A DNA stretch of 64,000 bases. It comes from an uncultured virus (IMG/VR IMGVR_UViG_3300033141_001794) (Duplodnaviria > Heunggongvirae > Uroviricota > Caudoviricetes). A model generated the notes under the pieces. It was not told the origin of the DNA. It made no database searches and was given only the letters and a program-made list of their open reading frames with translations. This document shows, in pieces, positions 1 to 9,202 of this stretch. The stretch's first letter is position 1; each line of letters begins with the position of its first letter. Made by a program: the position numbers and the translations under genes. The stretch is from IMG/VR virus record IMGVR_UViG_3300033141_001794; one strand, 5' to 3'.

Positions 1-162
1 TTCAAACACCAGAGGACCAAGATGATGATCATTCTTGAAGAGAACAAAAAGTTCAAGCGGAGAAACAAGGACCTTCTGGACGAACTAAACGTGAAGGATC
101 TTAAATACGAAGAGTTAAAGCAGAAGTACGATAAGATTGTGAAGGTAACTACTGGTGGATAG
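1..162 (+). CDS. 3' end of a coiled-coil hypothetical protein (partial)
   Basis: Frame 1 is open from base 1 to TAG at 160-162 (FKHQRTKMMIILEENKKFKRR...VTTGG*) and overlaps the next start. Confidence 0.55.
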   Translation, partial: FKHQRTKMMIILEENKKFKRRNKDLLDELNVKDLKYEELKQKYDKIVKVTTGG

Positions 163-562
163 AGTATTTCCCGGGACCTGTCATAACGGACAGATAATGG
201 TTGATCCTGCGGTTAAAAGTGATTGGCAGATGAATCTTGCTATCCTCCAGGATGAAGAGTGCGAATTCATAGCCAGGAAGAAGAAGAAGAAAAAGAGCAA
301 TAAGCAGAATCGATATTACCGTGGAGTAGTAGTTCCTTATGTTGCCAAGGCCATGGGTGAGACTGATGATAGGGCCCACGGATACCTTCAGCTGGAATTC
401 TTTGTGTATGAGGACGATCAGGGTCGCAAGTACATCAGAAGCACCAGGCTTGAAGACTGGGAAACTATTGAATGGGAAGAGAAAATGTCAGAGATCCGAC
501 AGTGGGCTTCAGAGTTTTTAAATATGTTTTTGCCAAAACCTAATGAAGTGGACTTTTATTAA
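155..562 (+). CDS. NinB/YbcN-like recombination protein
   Basis: S-x-x-QNRYY-x-GVV motif, ST-x-L...E(W)...I..WA-x-E...LP-x-P C-terminus; 135 aa, typical of the NinB family. Confidence 0.7.
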   Translation: MDRVFPGTCHNGQIMVDPAVKSDWQMNLAILQDEECEFIARKKKKKKSNKQNRYYRGVVVPYVAKAMGETDDRAHGYLQLEFFVYEDDQGRKYIRSTRLEDWETIEWEEKMSEIRQWASEFLNMFLPKPNEVDFY

Positions 563-581
563 CCTTTTTAAAGGAGTGTGT

Positions 582-1328
582 ATGAAACACTACATAAACC
601 AAACAAAGCAATATAATCTATTCTCTTATGATAGGGGGAACAGGCCTTTAAATATTGCTAAACATAGAAAACTTCTTGAGTCAATGAAGAAGTATGGTTT
701 TATTACTTCCTATCCGCTGACAGTGCATAAAAAGAACGGGAGTTTTATAATTAAAGATGGTCAACACCGTCATGCTATTGCAGCCATGCTGGAGCTGCCT
801 GTTTATTATGTAGAGATTGAGCAGAACATAAACATACCGGAGATTAATTCTACCGCGGTAACATGGAGCTTGCAAACTTATATAGACTCTTTTGCACAAA
901 GAGGGTTTAGACATTATTTAGACGTTATTGAGTTTCGTAAGAAATATAAAATACCACTTAATATTTCCGTGTCTTTGTTAGCTGGTAAAAGAGACACTAA
1001 AACTGTGGGAGAAAGTATCAAATCCGGCAAGTTTAAGGTAACAAACTATAGAGGCGCTCACAGGGTCGCGCTGGTAATAGCCAGATTGCGAAGGGTTTAT
1101 CCAAAAGCCAACTCAAGGGCATTTGTATACGCAATCGTGGCAATATACAAAGTAAAAGGTGTTGACATGGACAGATTGATAACCAGTATTGAGAAGCACC
1201 CCGACAGGCTGTTTCCTTATGGAACCACAGAGGCTGTTGTACAAATGCTCGAAGGAATATATAATTTTGGGAGAAGAAACTTATATCCCCTGGTTATAAA
1301 TGTAAAAAACGCAGCTAAGAAAAAATAG
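582..1328 (+). CDS. ParB/Srx N-terminal domain protein
   Basis: NRPLN...LLESMKKYG...P...IKDGQHR motif; AAGGAG SD before ATG 582. Confidence 0.7.
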   Translation: MKHYINQTKQYNLFSYDRGNRPLNIAKHRKLLESMKKYGFITSYPLTVHKKNGSFIIKDGQHRHAIAAMLELPVYYVEIEQNINIPEINSTAVTWSLQTYIDSFAQRGFRHYLDVIEFRKKYKIPLNISVSLLAGKRDTKTVGESIKSGKFKVTNYRGAHRVALVIARLRRVYPKANSRAFVYAIVAIYKVKGVDMDRLITSIEKHPDRLFPYGTTEAVVQMLEGIYNFGRRNLYPLVINVKNAAKKK

Positions 1329-1340
1329 TTCAGAAAAACC

Positions 1341-1370
1341 TTGTCAAATGAAAACATTTTATTATATTAT
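1341..1370 (+). promoter_or_regulatory. Putative sigma70-type promoter upstream of terS
   Basis: TTGTCA (1341) followed by TATATT at 16 nt or TATTAT at 18 nt spacing in an AT-rich intergenic gap. Confidence 0.5.
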
Positions 1371-1483
1371 TATTAATGAGAAGTGGTGTGTGGTATTATC
1401 TTGGAGTGGATCCATATCAGCGCCCGGGTCCGCTCCCTTAAAATTAAGTCATACAATGACAAAACTAAACTATCTAACCAGAA

Positions 1484-1520
1484 GCGAGCCTGTAGGTATA
1501 CTGTCTCGCATTTTTTGTTT
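1484..1520 (+). terminator. Weak terminator-like hairpin in the terS leader
   Basis: GCGAG...CTCGC followed by ATTTTTTGTTT. Confidence 0.35.
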
Positions 1521-1522
1521 AT

Positions 1523-2134
1523 ATGCCTAAAAAGAAACTCACAAAGAACGAACTACTCTTTTGCTATGAGTATATTGCCAACAAGTTTAATGGTACCCAG
1601 GCATATCTTAATACATATAAGATTAAAAGCAAAAATGCTGCAGGGGTAGAAGCGTGTAAACTCCTAAGAAAGCCTAATGTTAAGCGTAAAGTCAACGAGT
1701 TACTCAAAAAGAAGATCAAAGAGATTGAGCCTACTGCTGAGAATGTCATTAAAGAACTTGCTATTTTAGCATTTCAGCGGGGGGAGGATTTTGCTGAGTT
1801 TGATGGGGATGAGGTAGACTTTAAATCATTCAAAGAAATGGGTTCTGCTACTGCCTGCATTAAAGAGATTGAGACAACTACCCGCTTTGTACCCACCACA
1901 GACGATGATGGCAAAAAGACATTTGAGCGTGAACAGAAAATCAAGATGAAAATGCACGACAAGAAGGGTAGTCTCGAATTACTTGGTAAAACACATAAAC
2001 TATTTACTGATAAAATTGAGCATTCAGGAGAATTGAATGAACAGCATGATTCTCAGGCGAACGATGCCTATCACAAGCGGCTGGATGAAATTGAAAATCG
2101 GATAGACGATATCGATGGAAAAGAAAAAGACTGA
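1523..2134 (+). CDS. terS: Terminase small subunit
   Basis: LT...F..EY....NGTQAY...Y...A.V.A.KLL..P.V motif and DK.GSLELLGK..KLFTDKIEHSG (Terminase_2-like); immediately upstream of terL. Confidence 0.9.
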   Translation: MPKKKLTKNELLFCYEYIANKFNGTQAYLNTYKIKSKNAAGVEACKLLRKPNVKRKVNELLKKKIKEIEPTAENVIKELAILAFQRGEDFAEFDGDEVDFKSFKEMGSATACIKEIETTTRFVPTTDDDGKKTFEREQKIKMKMHDKKGSLELLGKTHKLFTDKIEHSGELNEQHDSQANDAYHKRLDEIENRIDDIDGKEKD

Positions 2135-4226
2135 GCCACTTTTAACGGCTGACGCCATAAATCACTATTATTACCATGCTAAAGAGTTTGTGCATGATAA
2201 CATCATAGTCCCTGCCCGTAAGTTAATTCCTGACTTAGCAATGACACCGGACCAGGAGTATCTGCTTGATCAAATATCAGTAGAACCGAAAGTCTCTATT
2301 GAATCAGGCCATGGTACCGGTAAGAGTACAACCTTCTCATGGATAGCTCTATGGTTTCTCACTACCAGGCACAACACGCTCGGACATTTAACAAAGATAC
2401 CGGTAGTCGCTCCCACATTTCACCAGTTATACGATGTACTTTGGCCCGAGTTCAAGAGGTGGATCCCACTTTCCAGATTAAGACCACTCTATGAAACCCG
2501 TACAGATGAAATATTTGTAAAAGGACATAAGGACAATTCATTCATTCGCGCCAGGTCCCCGAAAGAGCCGGACAACATGCAGGGTTTTCATGCAAAGTAT
2601 CTGTTATGGATTATTGATGAAGCCTTTGGAATTACAAATGAATTAGTATGGGAAGTAATCGAGGGATCTCTTACTGAAGAGGACAATAAGATTGTTATAG
2701 GTGGGCAGCATACTGCTATTGTTGGATACTGTCACGACACATTCAATCGAGATAAAGAGTTTTGGAGTAATCTCCGCTTTAACTCTGAGAAGAGCCCCAT
2801 TGCATCAAAGGCGTATTGTGATAGAATAGCGAAGAAATACGGTAAGGGCTCAGATATCTATAGAGTGCGTGTTCTGGGTCAGTCTCCGAAGGGTAATCCT
2901 GAATCATTTATACAGCTCGTTGATGTTGAGGCAGCAAAAGCCCGAGAAGTTCAGGGATCCGGGAGGTTGACGCTGGCCTGTGACTGTGCGAGGTTCGGTG
3001 ACGATCTGACTGTAGTAACCGCTAAACATGGCAATAAGGTTTATCCCCAGGAAGTACTGGAACGTAGTGACACTGACCAGACTGTTAATTTAATCCTGGA
3101 CGTGTTGAGGAAGTACAGAAAGAAAACAGGTGTTCAATCCACTGTTGATATCAGGGTAGATGTAACTGGAGGATATGGCGCTGGAGTTGTGGACGCTCTG
3201 AATAAGAACATTATTGACAATATCCGTGTGGTCCCGGTAAACTTCAGTAGTGCTGGTGATGAAGAGTATGCTGATATCATATCGAGAATGTGGGGAGAGC
3301 TCAGGGACCAGATTCAATATCTTGACTTGCCTGATTGTGACTTCCTCACCGAAGAGCTGGCAGCTCGCAGATTTAAAGTTGATAAGAACCTGAAGATACG
3401 GATTGAAGCGAAAGCGGATTATAAAAAGGAGTTCACCAACTCTCCCGACAGAGCAGATAGTTTAATTATGTGCTGCATGGAGAAGTCAGAGCGTCAACAG
3501 GTATGGAAGATTTACACTTCCACTAATCCAGACTTACACAGAAGGTTTAAAATCAATTGGGATAAGGTTGTACCCGAAGAGGCTTTTATTTATGTGGTTC
3601 TAATCGGCCAAGTTGATCAAACGATATACGGGAACTTCTTCTTCTGGGGCAGGAAGACTAAAACATTGCGCGTGTATGATGAGCTTGTATACACCAATCC
3701 CATAGCAGAAGAGATAGGATATGATATCAGGACCCGGGTAGGCTGTGCTGTGATCCCGAGAAACAATGAACTCTATATCAGGAAGATACTGGGTAATCCG
3801 GATCTCTTCAAAGGTGGCAAGGATATTGTATACCAGCTGAGAAAGAAAGCAAAGATCAGAGTTAAGAAGAGTCTTAGTTATAACGAAGCCGGCTCAATCA
3901 TCCAGGTTAATAACATGATGGCACAGAAAAGAGTGGTAGTACACACAGATTGCATAGAGACAGACAGGCAATACCGGGACTGGACCGTAGAGAAGCGCCA
4001 GAGTTCCCATCTTACAATGCCTCAAGCAGTGAAAGGCTTTCCCCTCTGCAGGGCTTTATGTGTTGTAATTTCAGTCCTTAAAGAAGAGGGAGAGCTTAAG
4101 AAGAAGCGCGAACTCAAACCCTATACCCGACAGAAGAAGCGAATCAGGGACACACTCTATCGAGGAAAGCAACCATTTATATCGACAAAGAAAAAAAAGA
4201 ATGAGTATGAATATCTTACAAAGTAA
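2115..4226 (+). CDS. terL: Terminase large subunit with ~240-aa C-terminal extension
   Basis: Walker A SGHGTGKS, Walker B WIIDEA, RNase-H nuclease CDCARFGDD ... SPDRADSL. Confidence 0.93.
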   Translation: MEKKKTEPLLTADAINHYYYHAKEFVHDNIIVPARKLIPDLAMTPDQEYLLDQISVEPKVSIESGHGTGKSTTFSWIALWFLTTRHNTLGHLTKIPVVAPTFHQLYDVLWPEFKRWIPLSRLRPLYETRTDEIFVKGHKDNSFIRARSPKEPDNMQGFHAKYLLWIIDEAFGITNELVWEVIEGSLTEEDNKIVIGGQHTAIVGYCHDTFNRDKEFWSNLRFNSEKSPIASKAYCDRIAKKYGKGSDIYRVRVLGQSPKGNPESFIQLVDVEAAKAREVQGSGRLTLACDCARFGDDLTVVTAKHGNKVYPQEVLERSDTDQTVNLILDVLRKYRKKTGVQSTVDIRVDVTGGYGAGVVDALNKNIIDNIRVVPVNFSSAGDEEYADIISRMWGELRDQIQYLDLPDCDFLTEELAARRFKVDKNLKIRIEAKADYKKEFTNSPDRADSLIMCCMEKSERQQVWKIYTSTNPDLHRRFKINWDKVVPEEAFIYVVLIGQVDQTIYGNFFFWGRKTKTLRVYDELVYTNPIAEEIGYDIRTRVGCAVIPRNNELYIRKILGNPDLFKGGKDIVYQLRKKAKIRVKKSLSYNEAGSIIQVNNMMAQKRVVVHTDCIETDRQYRDWTVEKRQSSHLTMPQAVKGFPLCRALCVVISVLKEEGELKKKRELKPYTRQKKRIRDTLYRGKQPFISTKKKKNEYEYLTK

Positions 4227-4235
4227 GGAACTATT

Positions 4236-4973
4236 ATGAAATGCCCCCGCTGTTTAGGAGAGAAGAAGCTCCGCAAGTTAAATATAATGGATGCAAGACA
4301 GGAATGGTTTGACTGTCCTGACTGTAATGGAACGGGCTTAAAGCTATCTTCACCGGACTCTTCCCAGGTCTATGTAAATGAGATTCCAGGGATATACACA
4401 GTATTTTCATGGGTTGAGACAGTGAACGGAAAGAAGAGGACCAGGGCCTGGATAAAGACAATCATTACACCGGTCAAACCTGTTGATGATAACAAGAACA
4501 ACATATACCGGACTATAATCAGAATGGTATCTGAGTATATGCGTAGTAAGGGCATTCTCAAAGGCGCTCCTAACCTCATGGGATTTATAGACTGGGTACA
4601 GACTAAAATGGATCCACCTAAGAACTCAGTAATAAAGCCTTATTTTGTCGTATTCATCCTGGATATGGAGACAAAGAAAAAGTATCGAGGCAAGGGCTAC
4701 ATGGATAACATACTTAATCGTCTTAAAGAGTTTATGAGTGGTACGGTAAAGTTCATGCTTACCGATTACCGCGAAAGCTCCACAGAGGGCAGAGCATATT
4801 TAATGAAGCGAGGATTTGTTCACAATAAACCTAATGGTCAATTAATCTGGAGGAGAGATGCAGGACAGCCTGGGAAACCGGATGAAGAAAAACCGCAGGG
4901 AGATAGTGGTAGTGGGGACGTGCAGCCAGGAGAAACTAAACCTGGACTGGGACGTTCTGGAAAGAGCGTTTGA
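4236..4973 (+). CDS. Zn-finger (CxxCxG x2) plus GNAT acetyltransferase-like protein
   Basis: CPRCLG...CPDCNGTG; GNAT motif A-like ILDMETKKKYRGKGYMDNIL and ...YLMKRGF. Confidence 0.6.
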   Translation: MKCPRCLGEKKLRKLNIMDARQEWFDCPDCNGTGLKLSSPDSSQVYVNEIPGIYTVFSWVETVNGKKRTRAWIKTIITPVKPVDDNKNNIYRTIIRMVSEYMRSKGILKGAPNLMGFIDWVQTKMDPPKNSVIKPYFVVFILDMETKKKYRGKGYMDNILNRLKEFMSGTVKFMLTDYRESSTEGRAYLMKRGFVHNKPNGQLIWRRDAGQPGKPDEEKPQGDSGSGDVQPGETKPGLGRSGKSV

Positions 4974-5166
4974 CACTCTATTACACCTGGCTCCTGCCGC
5001 ACTTCGGAGCCCTCCTGGTTTTGTAGATAGTATCTATGAGCAGAAAAGAGCTATTAAGAGATTCGTAGAGCTTGAACTGAGAATTGAAGACATGATCATA
5101 AAAAAGGAAATAGAAGCACTTGGAACAGAAAACACAGACACCACCGTATCAGATAACGAAGGATAG
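4858..5166 (+). CDS. Hypothetical protein
   Basis: GGAGGAG SD before ATG 4858; overlaps the low-complexity tail of the upstream gene. Confidence 0.55.
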   Translation: MQDSLGNRMKKNRREIVVVGTCSQEKLNLDWDVLERAFDTLLHLAPAALRSPPGFVDSIYEQKRAIKRFVELELRIEDMIIKKEIEALGTENTDTTVSDNEG

Positions 5167-5371
5167 TTTTAAAAGCCAGAGGCAGCTGTGGCTCGAAGAG
5201 GTAGATCGTGGGAAAATTAAGCATACGTATAATGGTCATACAATGAGAAGGGTCAGATATCCCTTAAAGGGTATGAAATACGATCAACAATGTATAAAGT
5301 GCGGCGCTCGGATATACTGGGACAGCCCAAAGGGTAAGCGGTGTCTCGGGTGCTGGGAGTTGTTGAATTGA
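5120..5371 (+). CDS. Small Zn-ribbon protein
   Basis: CIKCG...CLGC; fills the gap and is coupled to the next gene. Confidence 0.55.
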   Translation: MEQKTQTPPYQITKDSFKSQRQLWLEEVDRGKIKHTYNGHTMRRVRYPLKGMKYDQQCIKCGARIYWDSPKGKRCLGCWELLN

Positions 5372-6123
5372 AAGACCTTCTCATATACACTGCCGCTTCC
5401 GGTCATTACCGGGACTATGAACAGCTTTGGTGCTATTCCGCGAGAAAAGCATATCCGGAGTATAGTGTTGAATGTGCTATTCATGTTGAGAACGATAAGA
5501 TTCCTCATTATGCAGCATGTCACCGACTACTTGAAGAGCTGTGTATAAATCATAAATACGTTTATATCTCTGACGTAGACATGATGATACTGCGCGAGGA
5601 CCCCACTCTTCTGGACTTTCACCTTGCAGAGATGGAGAAAGATAAATTATGCTATTCTAACTCTCCACGGACCACAGAGCCACAGGGCCCCCAGAGATTA
5701 ACAGGCCTGCACTTCGCAACAAAGCTATGGTATACCAGGACCGCAGAGGCCAGAAGAAACTACATTCATATGCTCAATAATGGGGAGTTGGGCCAGCATA
5801 AGTTTGACGATGAACTCATTTTAATGAAGGTATGTAAGGATTCAGGCCTTGAAATACCGAAAGCGCGGCCCTTGGTTCGCCGCCATCATGGAATTCATGT
5901 AGGAACAATCAGAGCTTATTCCTACAAACGACACTCCCGCAATACCCTGTCCCAGCAATTGAAAATGAGAATCACAATTGAACAGGCGAGACAATGGCTG
6001 TCCTACTATGACGATCCTATCTTCCAGGCCATTGTTCAGAAGGTGAGTAGAAGGAATCGAATCATTAAACTTGAACTTGAGAAGCTGTTTAGTTTCTGTA
6101 AAAGGTGGGTTAAGAGTGGATGA
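5368..6123 (+). CDS. Putative GT-A fold glycosyltransferase
   Basis: YVYISDVDMMIL (DxD), ...DDELIL, HGIH; TTG start overlapping the upstream stop. Confidence 0.55.
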   Translation: MKDLLIYTAASGHYRDYEQLWCYSARKAYPEYSVECAIHVENDKIPHYAACHRLLEELCINHKYVYISDVDMMILREDPTLLDFHLAEMEKDKLCYSNSPRTTEPQGPQRLTGLHFATKLWYTRTAEARRNYIHMLNNGELGQHKFDDELILMKVCKDSGLEIPKARPLVRRHHGIHVGTIRAYSYKRHSRNTLSQQLKMRITIEQARQWLSYYDDPIFQAIVQKVSRRNRIIKLELEKLFSFCKRWVKSG

Positions 6124-6379
6124 TATAAAGCGTTATTCTTTTGGCTGGGATATTATACATAAAGAAATTGTTGTCAAGCAAACACAAAAGGGTGATTATA
6201 TTAGGCATGAGGATTATAATGAAGAGAAACTGATACGTAGTAATGGAAAAAATAGAATAAGAACCAAGATGGAATATCTGTATGATTTAATAGATAAGCA
6301 TAGTAAAATAGCTGACGATGTTAAAGTACACATGCGCACCAAACTTGATGAAATTGGAAATAGTGTTATTTATTTATAA
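6116..6379 (+). CDS. Hypothetical protein
   Basis: ORF fills the operon gap; GTG start overlaps the upstream gene end. Confidence 0.45.
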   Translation: MDDIKRYSFGWDIIHKEIVVKQTQKGDYIRHEDYNEEKLIRSNGKNRIRTKMEYLYDLIDKHSKIADDVKVHMRTKLDEIGNSVIYL

Positions 6380-6392
6380 GGAAAATATATTT

Positions 6393-7043
6393 ATGGTTAA
6401 TTTTCAAATTATTTCATGTGGTTGGAAGTGCGAGGATACTATCAAGCGCTGTATTGAATCAGTTGAGGCACAGACTTATAAGGAATGGGACCACGATTAT
6501 GTAGTTGATGAAGATGATAAGGGAAGATTTGGGAAGATGAAGAACTTCTATTATTTAGCTCACTCAGCAAAACCGGACAACATTATCTGTGATTTGGACC
6601 TTGACGACACTATTCCCCCCGATGCTCTTGAAACAGTAGCCCGGGTATACGAGGAGCATCCTGAAACTCTTCTCACCCATGGCAGCTATAGAATGGAATC
6701 AGGTAAGCCAGCACGTTTCAATGGTCCTTATCAGGATGAGAAGTTCAGGGCTGCACCATGGCGCGGTACTCATTTCAAAACCTTCAAGGCTTCTCTCTTC
6801 CACAGGATAAAGATAAACGATTTCAAAGGCCCTCCTGATGGGAACTGGTTAATGTCCGGTGCTGATATGGCTTTTATGCTCCCAATGTTAGAAATGGCAG
6901 GCCTTGACCGTATCAAGTATATTTCAAAGGAAATTTACGTCTATAACGATCTTTCACCACTCAACGACCATAAGACTGCCCCTGCTCTTCAGAAACGGGT
7001 TGAGAAGTATTTAAGAAATAAAAAGCCGTACAGGAGGATATAA
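6393..7043 (+). CDS. Glycosyltransferase family 2
   Basis: II.CGWKCEDTIKRCIESVEAQTYKEW N-terminus, DLDLDD motif, D-MAF..P, YVYN. Confidence 0.85.
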   Translation: MVNFQIISCGWKCEDTIKRCIESVEAQTYKEWDHDYVVDEDDKGRFGKMKNFYYLAHSAKPDNIICDLDLDDTIPPDALETVARVYEEHPETLLTHGSYRMESGKPARFNGPYQDEKFRAAPWRGTHFKTFKASLFHRIKINDFKGPPDGNWLMSGADMAFMLPMLEMAGLDRIKYISKEIYVYNDLSPLNDHKTAPALQKRVEKYLRNKKPYRRI

Positions 7044-7277
7044 ATGTCAGCAAGTAAATTTAATGATGATGAAAGGATTAGTCCAGTGTGGGCGTGTGAC
7101 AAGTGCGCTGTTGGCCCATGCATAGTTGCAACAGCCGAAGGGTTTCAAGATAAAAACGGAGAGGAAATTTTTAAACCTAATAATAATTGTCCTCTTGGTT
7201 CAGAGAGTATAAATTATGCAGATTTTGTTAAAGTTGAAACCCATGATTTAATATTGGTTCCAAAGAAAGAAAAATAA
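7044..7277 (+). CDS. Small Cys-rich hypothetical protein
   Basis: CDKC...PC...CP; GGAGG SD; abuts the upstream stop. Confidence 0.55.
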   Translation: MSASKFNDDERISPVWACDKCAVGPCIVATAEGFQDKNGEEIFKPNNNCPLGSESINYADFVKVETHDLILVPKKEK

Positions 7278-7299
7278 ATGTCAGTAACAATCAAATGGA
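7268..7299 (+). repeat. 32-bp direct repeat, copy 1 (copy 2 at 7658-7689)
   Basis: AGAAAAATAAATGTCAGTAACAATCAAATGGA occurs twice, 390 bp apart. Confidence 0.9.
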
Positions 7300-7403
7300 C
7301 TGGTGGCAGGACAGGCAACGACCTATTTGAATATGTTGACGGTGATGATCTTAAGCCAAATATGAAGACTGGTGCAGGAGTTCCTCGCAATGATAGATCC
7401 TGA
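7278..7403 (+). pseudogene. Truncated 5' duplicate of the GT11 fucosyltransferase gene
   Basis: MSVTIKWTGGRTGNDLFEY.. vs MSVTIKWNGRTGNQLFSY at 7668; stops after 41 aa. Confidence 0.65.
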
Positions 7404-7503
7404 ATTAAAAGACATTCTTCTGGGAATCTGGAGCACTTTAAAGATTCTATTGTATGCAGTAACAGCTTATCTTTTTGCATTTATGGGGATATTTTTATGT
7501 TAG
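7390..7503 (+). CDS. Small membrane peptide (37 aa)
   Basis: MIDPELKDILLGIWSTLKILLYAVTAYLFAFMGIFLC; AGGAG upstream. Confidence 0.4.
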   Translation: MIDPELKDILLGIWSTLKILLYAVTAYLFAFMGIFLC

Positions 7504-7667
7504 GATTTAAAAATAGTACGATTGGAATGGCAATTTTTGGTGCGTGGATAGCGGTTATGTTTCACATTTATGACATAGAAGTATTTACTGTTAAAGGAAT
7601 GGTTTGTGTGATTATTACTGTAATCCTTTGTGTTGTATACGGTTCAATAAGAAGGGTAGAAAAATAA
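7497..7667 (+). CDS. Small two-TM membrane protein (56 aa)
   Basis: MLGFKNSTIGMAIFGAWIAVMF...MVCVIITVILCVVYGSIRRVEK; TAA abuts ATG 7668. Confidence 0.5.
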   Translation: MLGFKNSTIGMAIFGAWIAVMFHIYDIEVFTVKGMVCVIITVILCVVYGSIRRVEK

Positions 7668-7689
7668 ATGTCAGTAACAATCAAATGGA
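7658..7689 (+). repeat. 32-bp direct repeat, copy 2
   Basis: Identical to 7268-7299. Confidence 0.9.
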
Positions 7690-8426
7690 ATGGTAGAACG
7701 GGGAATCAACTATTCTCTTATTGCTTTGCTCGGGTATTGGCAGCTAAAAACAATTTAAGGCTTGTTACCGAATGGCCTCACCAGGACTTTATAGAGACTA
7801 CTCCCCACGAAGCAGGGGAAGAACATGACGAGCCTGTTGTTACTATCAAAGACCTCTATTGGAATGATCATGACAGGGACTGGCTAAACCAGGATTTTAA
7901 AAGAAAGCGTGTTTATGTTGATGGCTTTTTCCAGAATCCTAAATATTATGACCCGAACAAACAACTTGTTAAATCATTTTTTAATTTACCAGAGATTAAT
8001 AAGCGACCTTCAAATGAGATAGTTCTACATTGGAGGCTTTCAGATTACTACCAGGTAGGGCCCGGAAAACAAGGAAGTGTAATTCGAGCCGATTGGTATG
8101 CACATGTCCTTATGCACAAAATAAGATTTAACCCCAAAATCAACAAGCTATTCATAGTTACGGATGATCCAAGCGATAGAATATTACACAAATTACAGAG
8201 ATTTCATCCCACAATAGTATCAGAAAACCCGAAACATGATTTTAATTTTATAAGAGAATTTGATACTATTATTTGTGGCAACTCAACATTTTCATGGATG
8301 GCAGCATTTTTGTCTGATGCCTCAAAGATATTTACCTTCTCGAAATGGATAAATGAGCCCCACAGGTATATTATAAGACTTGCATTAATGCGGGGTGCTA
8401 CTCCGGTACAAGGGAACTGGGTATGA
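7668..8426 (+). CDS. Alpha-1,2-fucosyltransferase-like (GT11)
   Basis: GRTGNQLF, GFFQ, HWRLSDY (HxRxxDY) and NSTFSWMAAFL, the hallmark GT11 motifs. Confidence 0.88.
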   Translation: MSVTIKWNGRTGNQLFSYCFARVLAAKNNLRLVTEWPHQDFIETTPHEAGEEHDEPVVTIKDLYWNDHDRDWLNQDFKRKRVYVDGFFQNPKYYDPNKQLVKSFFNLPEINKRPSNEIVLHWRLSDYYQVGPGKQGSVIRADWYAHVLMHKIRFNPKINKLFIVTDDPSDRILHKLQRFHPTIVSENPKHDFNFIREFDTIICGNSTFSWMAAFLSDASKIFTFSKWINEPHRYIIRLALMRGATPVQGNWV

Positions 8427-9202
8427 TTTACGACATATTCCTAACAGCATGTTACAAAGACTATCAAAAGATACCTTTTGTATTGAAGGCAATCTTTGAG
8501 AACCTGAAGGGCTTTCAAAACGTGTACCTCTGCACTCCTAAGAAATATGATGGCCCCGAACTTAACTATCCAATTCACTACAGGTTAGATTTGAAAGTTT
8601 TAAAATTTACTCCTCATAAATGGAGATACCGGAAAAATTGGATAGCACAACAGTTTATAAAGCTCTTTCAGAATGAGACAGAGAATGACTATTACTTTGT
8701 TCTGGATTGTGATACTGTTATCAATAAGCCATTACAGTTATTTGAAAATGAAAACCCTATCTGGAGGTATTTTACTGCTCCCCAACACAATCCTCCTTAT
8801 TATAAGTTTAATCAGATAATGTTTGGTGATGCTTTTGATTGTAGTCATACCTGGCTGGCTGACATGGGGCTTTATTCTAAAAAGATGATAGCTAAAATGC
8901 TCTCACAGTATAATTATACAGTGGAATCTTTTATAAATAAAACATATAAAGTCATCAGCAAAAACCAATATCCATCCGAAGCAGATATTTATATGGGATA
9001 TATTAATAAATATCATCCAGGATTCTACATTGTAAAAATGCTTAATAACAAATGTGATGCCATTGAGGGCAAAAACCCATTTGCAGACCTGTGGACAAAA
9101 GACATGATAGAGGCGCATCTTAAGAAAATGAAAAATACTGACCATGAAACAGTGGCTGTCCATTCGTGGATTGACACTTCACATAATACATGGGGGAGAT
9201 AA
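8423..9202 (+). CDS. GT-A fold glycosyltransferase-like protein (DUF6492-like)
   Basis: W..QQFIKL, YFVLDCDTVINKP (DxD), SE..IY. Confidence 0.6.
   Translation: MIYDIFLTACYKDYQKIPFVLKAIFENLKGFQNVYLCTPKKYDGPELNYPIHYRLDLKVLKFTPHKWRYRKNWIAQQFIKLFQNETENDYYFVLDCDTVINKPLQLFENENPIWRYFTAPQHNPPYYKFNQIMFGDAFDCSHTWLADMGLYSKKMIAKMLSQYNYTVESFINKTYKVISKNQYPSEADIYMGYINKYHPGFYIVKMLNNKCDAIEGKNPFADLWTKDMIEAHLKKMKNTDHETVAVHSWIDTSHNTWGR

Noticed and set aside
1348..1649. ORFs 1348-1530 and 1383-1649
   Set aside because: They overlap the promoter/leader and terS; no SD or motifs
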